The position numbers and the translations under genes are program-made. Below are positions 1 to 11,663 of a stretch of DNA of 64,000 nt, one piece after another. Positions within the stretch are counted from its first letter, which is position 1; each line of letters begins with the position of its first letter. The notes beneath the pieces were generated by a model. It had not been told where the DNA came from. It saw only the letters and a program-made list of their open reading frames with translations, and did no database searches. Source of the stretch: Centroscyllium fabricii (taxonomy: Eukaryota); contig JBNRSN020000003.1 in the NCBI GenBank assembly GCA_051313645.2, positions 323,268,001 to 323,332,000 of the forward strand. Direction: 5' to 3'.

Positions 1-844
1 TAAACTAGTCGACGTTTATGAAGGCTCTGTGTGTGATCATTAATAGATATAACAGTAACATTGTCCAGGTACGGGAATGTTGCCTCTAACGCATTCTCAT
101 CTACCATACGGTCCATTTCCCATTGGAAAACGGAAACTCCATTCGTTACCCCGAAGGGTACCCTAGGGAATTGGTACAGGCGCCCATTTGCTTCAAAAGC
201 CGTGTAAGGGCGGTCGTCTCTTTTTATGCGGAGCTGGTGATAGGCAGACTTTAAGTCAATAGTGGAGAACACACGATACTGGGCAATCTGGTTCACCATC
301 CCGGAGATGCAAGGCAAGGGATAAGCGTCTATTTGCGTATATATGTTGATGGTCTGGCTGTAGTCGACCACGAGCTGTTTCTTTTCCTTCGTTTTAACCA
401 CCACTACCTGAGCACGCCACGGGCTATTACTATTTTCGATGATACCCTCCCGTTGTAGCCTTCCTACTTCTTCTTTTATAAATTGTTTATCTTCCGAACT
501 GTACCGTTGACTTTTGGTCATGATAGGTCTACAGTTTGGGGCGTGGTTCGCAAACAGGGATGGCGAGCTTATCTTTAAGGTGGAGAGGCCGCAGACTGTG
601 AGCGGGGGCTGTGATCCGCCATATGCAAGTGTGACGCTCTCGTGGTGGCACTGAAAATCTAGGCCTAGAATTAGTTTCACGCAGAGCTGTGGCAATACGA
701 AGAGTTTAAAATCTTTATACTCTGTGCCCTTAACAGTCAGTGTTACTTTACAGAAACCGGTTACCTCCGAAGTGAGGGACTTAGATGCCATCGCGATTTT
801 GCTCCGGGTAGGGTACACCTTTAATGAGTACGGTTTGATGCGGC

Positions 845-1122
845 TGTGGTAACCATATATATGTATATAAATTACCACTGTAATATTGGTGCCAATATTG
901 CCACTGTACATAGTAAGATGTTGCGACACTGTCGTGGGGCCAGGTCAGCCACACCTCTAACTCCTCCCCCAGGTGAGGCCCTTTATAGGTGAGGACTGAC
1001 CGGACCCGACCATTCTGTACCTGTTGTTCGTTCGGAGTATAGCTCCTATGTAAGTCAATAAAAGCCTGTAGTTAAGGTCACTACTCGTCTTTGGCTTTAT
1101 TGAGTTAATTGACGATACGTCC
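845..1122 (+). mobile_element. Solo LTR inserted into the protease region of the Gypsy element
   Basis: Starts TGTGGTAACC, has AATAAAAGCC, ends GACGATACGTCC. 5-bp TSD GCGGC at 840-844 and 1123-1127. Clearly similar to the LTRs at 33718-33994 and 38201-38477. Confidence 0.92.
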
Positions 1123-2137
1123 GCGGCTAGGGTGAATAAAACTCTCAGTACTCTCGCAATCGATTAAACACTTCATCGGGTGTCCATTTACCTTAACGTC
1201 CATCATAGACTTCGATCGTGGATGCGGTCTGGACTGGTCGACCGTGATTGAGGCGATCGTAGAACCATGGGCGGCTGCTGAAACTATATCAAATTCCGGG
1301 ACCACATGTAGGGCCGTGGAGTCGGTATCTGGTATGGGTATCCCCTTACATACGTTGCTGAAATATCCCCATTTCTTGCACTTGAAACATGTGGCATCTC
1401 TCGCGGGACATCGGTGTCTGGAGTGCTAGAGCTGGCCGCAGAAGTAGCATCTTGGTCCGCGGGACATCGCTGCAGTGGTGGGGCTGGGTGGAGACTCGCG
1501 TGGTGTAGGGCTGGTCCAAGGCCTGGATGGAGAGGATGGCGCCTCCTTACTCGGCACGCACGAGGCTGAGAGGGGAGCATGGCCTGACGCATAGGTCTCG
1601 GAGTTCTTCTGTCCCCCATCCAGCGATCAAGCTGTAGCCACGGCTGTCTTTAGATCCAGAGTGTCCTTTTCAAGCAACCTCTGCCTAATGTAATTTGATT
1701 GAAGGCCCGATATAAACTTATCGCGAACCGCTTCTTCCTAGTATGCGATGGCCGTCACAGCCTGGTATTTGCAGTCCTTCGCCAGGGCCTTTAGGTTCTG
1801 CAGAAAATCATCCAGCGATTCCTCCGGTAGTTGCCTGCGGGTAGCCAAGAGATGCTGGCATACACCTCGTTAACAGACTTCAGGTATTGGGTCTTAAGAG
1901 TCGCGAGCGCATCGTCATATGTAGTAGCGTCCGAAATTAGCGAGAAAATCCAATGACTTACTAGGTTAGTCAATAGGCCCAGTTTGTTGACCCCATCATC
2001 GAGTGATGCAATGAAATGTTCGAAACACCGGAGCCAATGTGCGAATTTCTTCGGTGCGCCTGCCGAATGTGGATCACAGTCCAGACGCTCTAGCTTCAGG
2101 AATCTGTCCAACCCTAGGAGTTCTAAGCTACTAAAAT

Positions 2138-2428
2138 TGATGTGCCTTTAATAGAGACTGAGACAGGTAGTTATAATTCAAACAGTTGGCTTTTAATAGC
2201 TTAGAACTGGACTGCACTGGAGCCACATGTTGCCTTACAGAAATGGCTTCTCAGACTGAACAAGGAGGCGGAGCCAGGGGCGAGGTCACAGATCTGGACA
2301 ATCAATGGCACAACAGAGTGAACACAGCATTCCTGGCCAACCAAGAAAACAGCAGGGTTGCAATAGATTACAATAGGGAACTATACACAGGTAGAATGAG
2401 GTATACTTATAAGGCTTATTTCACCACA
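2138..2428 (-). repeat. 5' LTR of the Gypsy element
   Basis: Minus strand TGTGGTG...GGCACATCA with ATTAAAAGCC poly(A)-like signal; gag begins about 27 nt downstream. Confidence 0.85.
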
Positions 2429-2442
2429 ACCTGTTATTCCTC

Positions 2443-4226
2443 ATGGCTGATCCCAGTCCCAGGGAGAGAGCTCGCCAGTTCACCAACTGGGCATTGGAGG
2501 CATTCGTCGCGGCAGTCGAAAGGAGGGCCGTGCTATTCCTGGCCAATGGCAGGAGGCCATCACCCCAGGTCATCCAGGCAATGTGGAGGGAAGTGACCCA
2601 GGATGACTCGGCCAGCAGTGTGGTCCTCAGGACCCTCACACAGTGCCGTAAAAAATTCAACGACCTCACTCAGGTGGTCAGGGTGAGCACATGCTTTAAC
2701 AAGTCCTATATACCAGCACCTGAACCTCAGTCTGTACACATTGCACAAACTCCACACCCCCACCGCTCACCCACCAAGCATCTCCTCCTACTGAAACTCG
2801 CATCCACATCTCTCGCCTTGCCTACAATCACAGCTATTCAACTACGGCAGGCACATCCCCCCCCCCAAACACATAGCTGCACACTCACTCACACTCGTTC
2901 CTTTCTCTTGCAGGCCAAGCTGGCCGTCGGCAACGTCGACCCTCTAGGGGGCAACAACGGTATGTTCATCCCCACTCTCTCTCTCATCTCACTTCCCCCT
3001 CACACCACAAGCCTTTCCCGCTTACCACCTCCTGATACTGTCTGCATTCCTTGCTCCCTTCCTGCCCCCTGCCCTCACCTTAATGCGAGTCTTGTGCTTT
3101 TATACTTTCAGAGAATCAGCAACCAGATGACCAGCCTGTCCCTGAACCCCCCACTGAGAATGAGGCGGGTGAAGAGGATGAGGAGCAAAGCCCCGCGTCA
3201 CTGCATCTCTCACCCGCCGGCACCACCTCAGATACTGGCACTACGCCATCTTTAGAGGCAGGTTTAGTAGAGGGGTCGGCACTGGGTGTTACACCGGGGA
3301 CGAGCGGGCTACAGCAAAGCCAGGGGGAAAGGGGAAAGGGTAGCTCAAGAGCCAGCTCCCTGGAGGGTGAGTTCGTGCGCCAGTTCTGCTGCACAGGACT
3401 CAGGTGAGGACCTCAATGGGGAGGTTTCCACAAGAAGGGTGATGGCCATACACACTGAGATGATGAGTGCAATGGCAAGGGTGCTCGAGAGCTTATCGGC
3501 AATGGTAAGGAGTCCGCCTCCAACATTGTACAGAGCTCTGCGCACGCCCTGGAGCTCATCCTTGGCAGTCTGCCAAGGATAGTGGACTCCCAGAGAGACC
3601 GTGCGGATCCAGACCTCGTGCCGCGTGTCATGGGCGATGTGGCAGCATCCATTGCATCACAGGTGGAAGCCACGCAATGTCTTAGTGCTGTAATGGAATC
3701 AATGGTTGCTGCCATCGAGTCTCAGGCTGCTCTCATGCAGTCTCAGCTTGATGCCACAAAGGTTCTGACTGCTGCCATCATCACTGGGTCCACCACAATC
3801 CACCGGGGATCTCACGGTGTCGCTGCAGGCCAGCAATCTGTGCTCCAGCAGATTGGTAGGGATGCTGAGGTGCTGCCCCAGGGGAGTGGCAGTGGGTCAG
3901 TGGAGCAGGAACCTGCTGTTCTCTCTCAGGATGACAGCATTCCTGCTCCCTCCACTGCCACTCTGCTATTGCACTTGTCGCTGTCTGTCATCCAGCCAGG
4001 CCAGACTGCCGCCGCCCATCCTGAGGTGATGCAGTCTACAGCCGGGCCCTCCAGGCCCAGAGCTGGTCGACGGCGTCCTGCAAGGCCATCTGGAGTCTCT
4101 GGAACTGACACTCAGCAGCCTTCCACCAGCCTTGATGCAGCCACTGGGGAGACACTACGTAGGAGCAGTAGATTAGGAAAAAGCACTGTAAAGAGGGGAA
4201 GTAAGGGTTTGCACAAGAGTGATTAG
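2443..4226 (+). pseudogene. Harbinger Myb/SANT-like DNA-binding protein; predicted exons 2443-2682, 2914-2959, 3112-4226; frameshifts in the last exon
   Basis: RARQFT..ALE...MWREV...RTLTQCRKKFNDL trihelix/Myb-SANT motif. Donors AGG|GTGAGC and ACG|GTATGT; acceptors with pyrimidine tracts (TTGCAG, TTTCAG). Acidic, then Q/A/S-rich C-terminus. Confidence 0.8.
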
Positions 4227-4741
4227 TTAATATTGTTGTTCTATATATGTGTTTACTGAATGATGCTAAATTTATTTTTTAATTAAATTTTGCAGATTTT
4301 GTGATGTCCCTCATTCCAGCTTTGTGCTGTGATATGATGCAAAATGGATTGAATGATGGGAATGTGGTGAGCAACCGGGATGTGGGGTAGAATTTATTGG
4401 AACTGCAGTCTGATGAGGCGGTCACAGACTGCCCTACCAGAAGGCCGATTGAGTGGCTGCCTCCTCCCTCGCTGCTGTTCCTCCTCCTCCTGTTCCTTCT
4501 CCTTGTCCTCCTCTTCTCTCTCTTCCTCCTCCTGAGGTGGTGGAGTTATGCCTGGTGGCAATGGCTGGACCCTCATGATGGCCAAGTTGTGTAGCAACAG
4601 CAGAACATGATGAAATGGGACACCCACCCAGCCCGCCAGCCGAGTACTGGGGGGCTCCTCCTGAGTGGTCAAGGCAGTGGAACTGTTGCTTCAGGAGGCC
4701 GATGGTCTGCTCAATGATGTTCCTGGTAGCAGCATGGCCCT

Positions 4742-5013
4742 GTTCCTGGGACTAGGGACAGGGTCACTGGAAAGGCTCGGAAGCTAAGCAGAGCCAGGCC
4801 TGGTTAGTACTTGGATGGGGGAATACCAGGTGCAGAAAGTCACAAAAAGAGCCCTGGGGGGGGCAGGTGCCTGAAGATTGTCAGAAAGATGGAATGGTGG
4901 CGCGCACAGATGCAGTGGCTTTGCTGGACTCTTGGGAGCTTGCAAGATCACATTTTGTTGTTCATGTACTTGTACATTGTATAATGACAATAAAAGTTGA
5001 ATTATTATTATTA
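4742..5013 (+). mobile_element. Short retroposon-like insertion containing a 5S rRNA-derived segment (SINE3-like) with an AATAAA..(ATT)n tail
   Basis: 4776-4833 CTCGGAAGCTAAGCAG..CAGGCCTGGTTAGTACTTGGATGGG..GAATACCAGGTGC matches the 5S rRNA internal control region. Ends ATGACAATAAAAGTTGAATTATTATTAT and interrupts the transposase frame. Confidence 0.7.
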
Positions 5014-5155
5014 TATCAGTGCTGGGCAGCAGTGTCGGGGTTGTGGAGGGGAGCCATGAGCCAGGTGGAGAGTGGATAGCCCTTGTCTCCGACCAGCCAG
5101 CCGCGAGCTTGATGTGGTGGCTGGAAGAGTGCTGGCACACCGGTCTGGTGCAGGA

Positions 5156-5547
5156 TAGAAACATAGAAGATAGGAGCAGGAGTAGGCCATTCGGCCCTTC
5201 GAGCCTGTTCCGCCATTCAATGAGATCATGGCTGATCATCCAAACCCAGTACCCTGTCCCTGCCTTCTCCCCATATCCCTATCGAGCCTGCACCGACACA
5301 TATCCCACCCTATCCCTGTATCCCCACATATTTAATCTGCCTAACACTAAGGGTCAATTTATCCTGGCCAATCAACCTAACCCGCACATCTTTGGACTGT
5401 GGGAGGAAACCGGAGCACCCGGAGGAAACCCATGCAGACACGGGGAGAATGTGCAAACTCCACACAGATAGTCACCCGAGGCTGGATTTGAACTGGTCTC
5501 TAGTGCTGTAAGGCAACAGTGGTAACCACTATGCCACCGTGCTGCCC
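5156..5547 (-). mobile_element. HE1-like V-SINE (tRNA head, V domain, CR1-derived tail)
   Basis: GGGCAGCACGGTGGCATAGTGG head, GGGTTTCCTCCGGGTGCTCCGGTTTCCTCCCAC V domain, CR1 tail ending (CTATGTTT)n. Confidence 0.9.
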
Positions 5548-6667
5548 ATATGAAGGCATTGTGGCTGCTGCCAGGATAGCAGGCATTGACGGTGAGGAGT
5601 CGCTGTCTGTGGTCGCACACCAACTGGGCATTAAGTGGGTGGTAGCCTTTGCAGTTACGGAAGACCTCATGATTGTTAAGGGGTACCCGCAAAGCCACGT
5701 GGGTGCAGTCAATGGCGCCCTGCACCACGGGGAAGCCCGCCCAGGCAGAACAATTCTGAAAGTAATAAACGTTTAACTCACTGAAAACGGCTGTTTTGCA
5801 ATGTGAACCTGACAAGGCAGCATTTATTGGCCACTAAAAATAAAACGGATGTTGATCCCTTTAAATACCGCTCCTATAGTGGCCATTCAAATGCATCACA
5901 CCTCCTCTTCCTGCTGTTGTTCACGCCAGGGGCAACAGTCAAATTTGCATCTGGGCCGTTAATGGGGTGTTTCACACGTGTTGATGTCACAATCTGGCAG
6001 CCGCTAAAGGCCTAGACGATAACTGATAGCGCGAGAAATCCCAGGTGAATGTCACATGTGGCGTTGGGTCCGCAAACCCATTAGCGCCCCCACCGGGTGC
6101 TAACGGGAGGTGCTAACATGTCGAATTCTGAAAGCAGATTTTTCAGCCACTATAAATAAGTGGCCCTGATGTTCCACATAACAGCCCTATTGTGATAAAA
6201 CAGCATATCCTCCAACTCACTGATGGGTGATCTGCTAATGATCTAATACAGATTTAACAAAGGACTGTTGATGGTTAAGATTGCACCCAGGATCAACCGG
6301 AACATTGTGATGCTGCAAAATAATTACAAGCACATATTTGGTTTTTACACTGTTACTTTCTCTACCTATTAACTTTATTCAATTCCATCCTGAGAGTGTT
6401 TACTTCTCCTGCAAAAACCACATATGAAGATCGGAACTAATGTAATGTGTTATATATCGCTGAAAGCTTTGTAGTTAACATCAAACAGCATAGGAGCAAT
6501 CCCTCGAGTCAGATGGGAATCATCGAAGCAGCGATGTTTTTTAAGCTTTCAAATGTCTAAGCCTTGAGCTGAAGGTATCAAACACCTTTCTTTCTCGGCT
6601 ATATGAAAAACAATTACAGTTCCTTGTCTTACAATCATAATAGGTGCTAGCTGTGGCTCAGTGGGTG

Positions 6668-7094
6668 AAAGAGAAACAAAGACTTGTATTTAGATAGCGC
6701 GACTGCAGGACATCCCAAAGCGCTTTACTTTTGAAGTAAACATGGCAGCCAATTTGTGCACAGCAAGATCCCACAAACAGCAATACGATAACGACCAGAT
6801 CATTTTTTTTAGTAATGTTGCTTGAGGGATAAATGTTTGCCCAGAGCACCGGGGAGAACTCCCCCTGCTCTTCTTCTAAATAGTGGGCAAGGGATCTTTT
6901 CCATTCACCTGAGAGCGCAGACGGGGCCGCAGGTTAACGTCTCATCCGAAAGACGGAACCTCCGACAATGTAGCACTCCCTCAGCGCCGCACTGGGAGTG
7001 TCAGCCTAGATTATGTACTCGCGTCTCATGGAACAGGTCTTGAACCCACAACATTCTGACTCAGAGACGAGAGTGTGCTACCCACTAAGCCACA
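6668..7094 (-). mobile_element. SacSINE1-like Deu-domain SINE
   Basis: tRNA-like head TGTGGCTTAGTGGG, body with GCTGTTTGTGGGATCTTGCTGTGCACAAATTGGCTGCC and L2-like tail; many copies in the window. Confidence 0.85.
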
Positions 7095-7238
7095 ATAGGG
7101 TGCTCATACTTGAGCCACGCAAATGTCTCCTGGCAGATGCAGAATGGAAGTGAATATCAGTAACCCTTGGCACTTACAATTTCAGGGGCAAGTTTTGGCA
7201 GGCCCATTCATTGATATAGCCTGCTTTTAAAAACTCCA

Positions 7239-7640
7239 GGGCGGCACGGTGGCATAGCGGTTAGCACTGTTGCCTCACAGCATTGGATACCTGGGTTCAA
7301 ATCCAGCCTTGAGTACTGTCTGTGTGGAGTTTGCACATCCTCCCCGTGTCTGCGTGGGTTTCCTCCGGGTACTCCGGTTTCCTCCCACAGTCCAAAGATG
7401 TGCGGGTTAGGTTGATTGGCCAGGATAAATTGACCCTTAGTGTTAGGGGGATTGAATATGTGGGGTTACGGGGATAGGGTGGGATATGTGTCGGTGCAGG
7501 CTCGATAGGGATCGAGGGATAAGGGGAGCGGGCAGGGGCGGGGTGCTGGGTTTGGATGATCAGCCATGATCTCATTGAATGGCAGAGCAGGCTCGAAGGG
7601 CCGAATGGCCTACTCCTGCTCCTATCTTCTATGTTTCTAT
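7239..7640 (+). mobile_element. HE1-like V-SINE
   Basis: Same head, V domain and CR1 tail as 5156-5547. Confidence 0.9.
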
Positions 7641-10412
7641 AATGCCATGGCTAATTTTCAATACAGCAAATGCTGTATTTGCTGGAGCATGAACTCTAAT
7701 AAATTTGATTTAAACAGGTTAAATCCTATATTTTATCTAACTAATGTGTAGCAGCAGATATGATCGGTGATGTAATGATATCATTGAGCAGCCTACCCCC
7801 ATCAACACAGTCTCCCCTGGTTATTAGCACAGATTACAGTGGAAAGCATTTATGAAACAGTAATGTTTTCTTGTGGAGATGGGCGTAATGCACAGGGAGG
7901 GCAATGGAAATAGGAATTTAATTTATTGGTCACAGGAAATGAAGCCAGAATGTTAACATTAATGCCTGGCATTTGCTGTGTTTTAAGCTGGCATGCAGAG
8001 TTAAGCAGCCAGTGAAGATTCTTAACAGCAGGGTGAAAATACGAGCATTTAACTAGTGATAAAGAATTATTCAATTATATAAGTGGTGACATTTGCCCCT
8101 TAACTTGCAATTACATTATTCACCCCTAAAAGGTGTGACTTATGTTAATGCTCTTTATTAAAAAAAATGATATGGCTGGTGCTAGAATTTGGAGACCGAT
8201 CGCAGCATTTGTCTCTTTATTTTTTGCGTGTATTACAACCCATCAAGCATTACGTCCAACTTGGAAGACTTGGGGAAGTATTAGGTGCTCTCTTGTTATT
8301 AGGCTGACTGATTGAGACGTGTTTACTTTCTTTGAAATGTGGCTTATATGTTCTAAAGGCATGTCTTAAATTAAGACGTTTTTCAACTTAATTCCTAGTT
8401 TCAGGAGGTGTACAGTGCCGTGCAGTGTGATACTGAAATTACTAATGCGTACCTGACCTGAGAGTACTCAACAGTTACTGAAATTACTGAGGTGCACCTG
8501 ACCTGAGAATACTCAACACAGTTACTGAAATTACTGAGATGTGCCAGACCCGAGAGTACTCAACACAGTTACTGAAATTACTGAGGTGTACCTGACCTGA
8601 GAGTACTCAACACAGTTACTGAAATTACTGAGGTGTGCCTGACCTGAGAATACTCAACACAGTTACTGAAATTACTGAGGTGTACCTGACCTAAGAATAC
8701 TCAACACAGTTACTGAAATTACGGAGGTGTGCCTGACCTGAGAATACTCAACAAAGATTCTGAAATTACTGAGGTGTGCTTGACCCGAGAGTACTCAACA
8801 CAGTTACTGAAATTACTGAGGTGTGCCTGACCTGAGAATACTCAACACAGTTACTGAAATTACTGAGGTGTGCTTGACCTGCGATTACTCACCACAGTTA
8901 CTGAAATTACTGAGGTGTGCCTGACCTGAGAATACTCAACAAAGATTCTGAAATTACTGAGGTGTGCTTGACCTGAGAGTACTCAACACAGTTATTGAAA
9001 TTACTGAGGTGTGCCTGACCTGAGAATACTCAACACAGTGACTGACATTACTGAGGTGTGCTTGACCTGCGATTACTCACCACAATTACTGAAATTACTG
9101 AGGTGTGCCTGACCTGAGAATACTCAACATAGTTACTGAAATTACTGAGGGGTGCCTGACCTGAGAGTACTTAACACAGTTACTGAAATTACTGAGGTGT
9201 GCCTGACCTGAGAATACTCAACAAAGATTCTGAAATTACTGAGGTGTACCTGACCTGAGAGTACTTAGCACAATTACTGAATTTACTGTGGTGTGCCTGA
9301 CCTGAGCATAATCAACACAGTTACTGAAACTACTGAGGTGTACCTGACCTGAGAGTACTCAACACAGTTACTGAAATTACTGATGTGTACCTGAATTGCG
9401 AGTACTCACCACAGATTTTGAAATTATTGAGGTGTAACTGACCTGCGAGTACTTAACACACTTACTGAAATTACTGAGGTGTGCCTGACCTGAGAATACT
9501 CAACACAGTTACTGAAATTACTGAGGTGTACCTGACCTGAGAGTACTCAACACAGTTACTGAAATTACTGATGGGTACCTGAATTGCGAGTACTCACCAC
9601 AGATTTTGAAATTATTGAGGTGTAACTGACCTGCGAGTACTTAACACACTTACTGAAATTACTGAGGTGTGCCTGACCTGAGAATACTCAACACAGTTAC
9701 TGAAATTACTGAGGTGTGCCTGACCAGAGAATACTCACCAAAGTTACTGAAATTACTGAGGTGAGCCTGACCTGAGAATAATCAACACAGTTACTGAAAT
9801 TACTGAGGTGTAACTGATCTGCGAGTACTCACCACAGTTACTGAAATTACTGAGGTGTGCCTGACCTGCGAGTACTTAACACAGTTACTGAAATTACTGA
9901 GGTTTACCTGACCTGAGAATACTCAACACAGTTACTGAAATTACTGAGGTGTACCTGAATTGTGAGTACTCACCACAGTTTTTGAAATTACTGAGGTGTA
10001 ACTGACCTGCGAGTACTCACCACAGTTACTGAAATTACTCAGGTGTGCCTGACCTGCGAGTACCTAACATAGTTACTGAAATTACTGAGGTGTGCCTGAC
10101 CTGAGAGTACTCAGCAAAGTTGCTGAATTTACTGAGGTGTGCCTGACCTGAGAATAATCAACACAGTTACTGAAATTACTGAGGTTGTGCCTGACCTGAG
10201 AATACTCAACACAGTTACTGAAATTAGTGAGGTGTACCTGACTTGTGAATACTCAACACAGTTACTGAAATTACTGAGTTTTGCCTGACCTGAGAGTGCT
10301 CAGCACTGTTACTGAAATTGCTGAGGTGTACCTGACCTGTGAATACCCAGCAGTTACTGAAATTACTGAGATAGCCCTGACCTGACAATACTCAACACAG
10401 ATACTGAAATTA

Positions 10413-11663
10413 CATAGAAACATAGAAACATAGAAAATAGGTGCAGGAGTAGACCATTCGGTCCTTCGAGCCTGCACCGCCATTTAATGCGTTCATGGCT
10501 GAACATAAGAACACAAGAAATAGGAGCAGGAGTAGGCCAATCGGCCCCCCGAGCACGCCCCGCCACCCAACAAGATCATGGCTGATCCTACCCTACCTTC
10601 ATACTACTATCACCCTTCATCCCACCCAAAGAACCATGTGATCTCCTGGGAGAGGCGAAAAACCGGATTAAAACCCAGGTCCAATTTGGGGAAAAGATCC
10701 GGGAAATTTCTCTCCGACCCCAATCTAGGCAATCGAAACTTGTCCAGGAGATCACTCAGGTCTTACTATACTAACAATAGCTCAGGTCCACTTCCCTGCC
10801 TGCTCCCCGTAACCCTTAATTCCCTTGTCTGCTAAAAAACAGTCTATTTCCGTTTTAAATTTATTTAATGTTCCCGCTTCCACAGCTCCCTGAGGCAGCG
10901 AATTCCATAGATTAACCACCCTCTGAGTGAAGAAGTTTCTCCTCATCTCAGTTTCAAAAGAGCCCCCCCTTATTCTAAGACTATGCCCCCTAGTTCTGGT
11001 CTCCCCGATCATTGGAAACATCTTTAGCGCATCCTCCCGATCAAGGCCCCTCACGATCTTATACGTTTCAATAAGATCGCCTCTCATTCTTCTGAACTCT
11101 AATGAGTAAAGTCCCAACCTATTTAACCTTTCCTCATATGTCAACCCCCTCATCCCTGGAATTAACCGTGTAAATCTTCTCTGCACTGCCTCCAGAGCAA
11201 GTACATCCTTTCTTAAGTATGGACACCAAAACTGCACACAGTATTCCAAATGCGGTCTCACCAATACTGTGTACAGCTGCAGCAAAACCTCCCTGCTTTT
11301 ATACTCTATCCCCCTAGCAATAAAGGCTAAGACTCCATTGGCCTTCCTAATCACTTGCTGCACCTGCATACTAACTTTTTGTGATTCATGCACTAATACC
11401 CCCAGGTCCCTTTGCGTTGTATTACCACGTAGCTCCCCCCCATTTAGAAAATAACTTGCTCTATGATTTTTTTTCCCAAAATGTATAACTTCACATTTAT
11501 CAGTATTAAATTTCATCTGCCAAATCGCTGCCCACTCACCTAGCTTATCTATGTCCTTTTGCAGGCTTTTTCTGTCCTCCTCACTCCCTGCTTTTCCTCC
11601 CATTTTTGTGTCATCTGCAAACTTTGATATATTACACTTGATCCCCTCCTCCAAATCATTTAT
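10413..11663 (-). mobile_element. 5'-truncated CR1 LINE (ORF2 RT C-terminus 10782..11654 plus 3' UTR)
   Basis: ISKFADDTK, LVRPHLEYCVQFW, RRMRGDLIETYK and FFTQRVVNLWNSLP motifs; octamer-repeat tail. Confidence 0.95.

Larger units (their letters stand above)
1..2428 (-). mobile_element. Gypsy/Ty3 LTR retrotransposon, 5' part (5' LTR, gag, protease, start of RT); continues beyond window start; decayed
   Basis: Gag N-terminus in ORF 1791..2111 (LERLDCDP...FAHWLRCFE) and degenerate protease motif CLIDCESTESFIHP. 1-840 reverse-translates to RT (VVDYSQTINIY..IDAYPLP, STIDLKSAYHQ). LTR at 2138-2428. Confidence 0.93.
4394..5760 (-). pseudogene. Harbinger DDE transposase (HARBI1-like), 5'-truncated, interrupted by two SINE-like insertions
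   Basis: GFPVVQGAIDCTHV, FRNCKGYH.LNAQLVCD, YPGSSH.AFI, GWLVGDKGYPL and HAATRNIIEQTIGLLK motifs across ORF fragments. Confidence 0.92.
2429..6135. mobile_element. PIF/Harbinger DNA transposon, decayed, with convergent Myb/SANT and transposase genes
   Basis: Both characteristic Harbinger genes are present tail-to-tail. Left end is separated by the Gypsy insertion; right boundary is approximate. Confidence 0.88.

Noticed and set aside
4776-4833. Functional 5S rRNA gene
   Set aside because: Only about 58 nt, with an internal deletion, no 5' end and no T-run terminator.
7239-7320. tRNA genes at SINE heads
   Set aside because: A/B-box heads run directly into SINE bodies; no complete cloverleaf or terminator.
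10638-10755. Hammerhead ribozyme (CGAAA motifs inside a closing stem)
   Set aside because: No CUGANGA core on either strand; kept only as an unassigned structured module.
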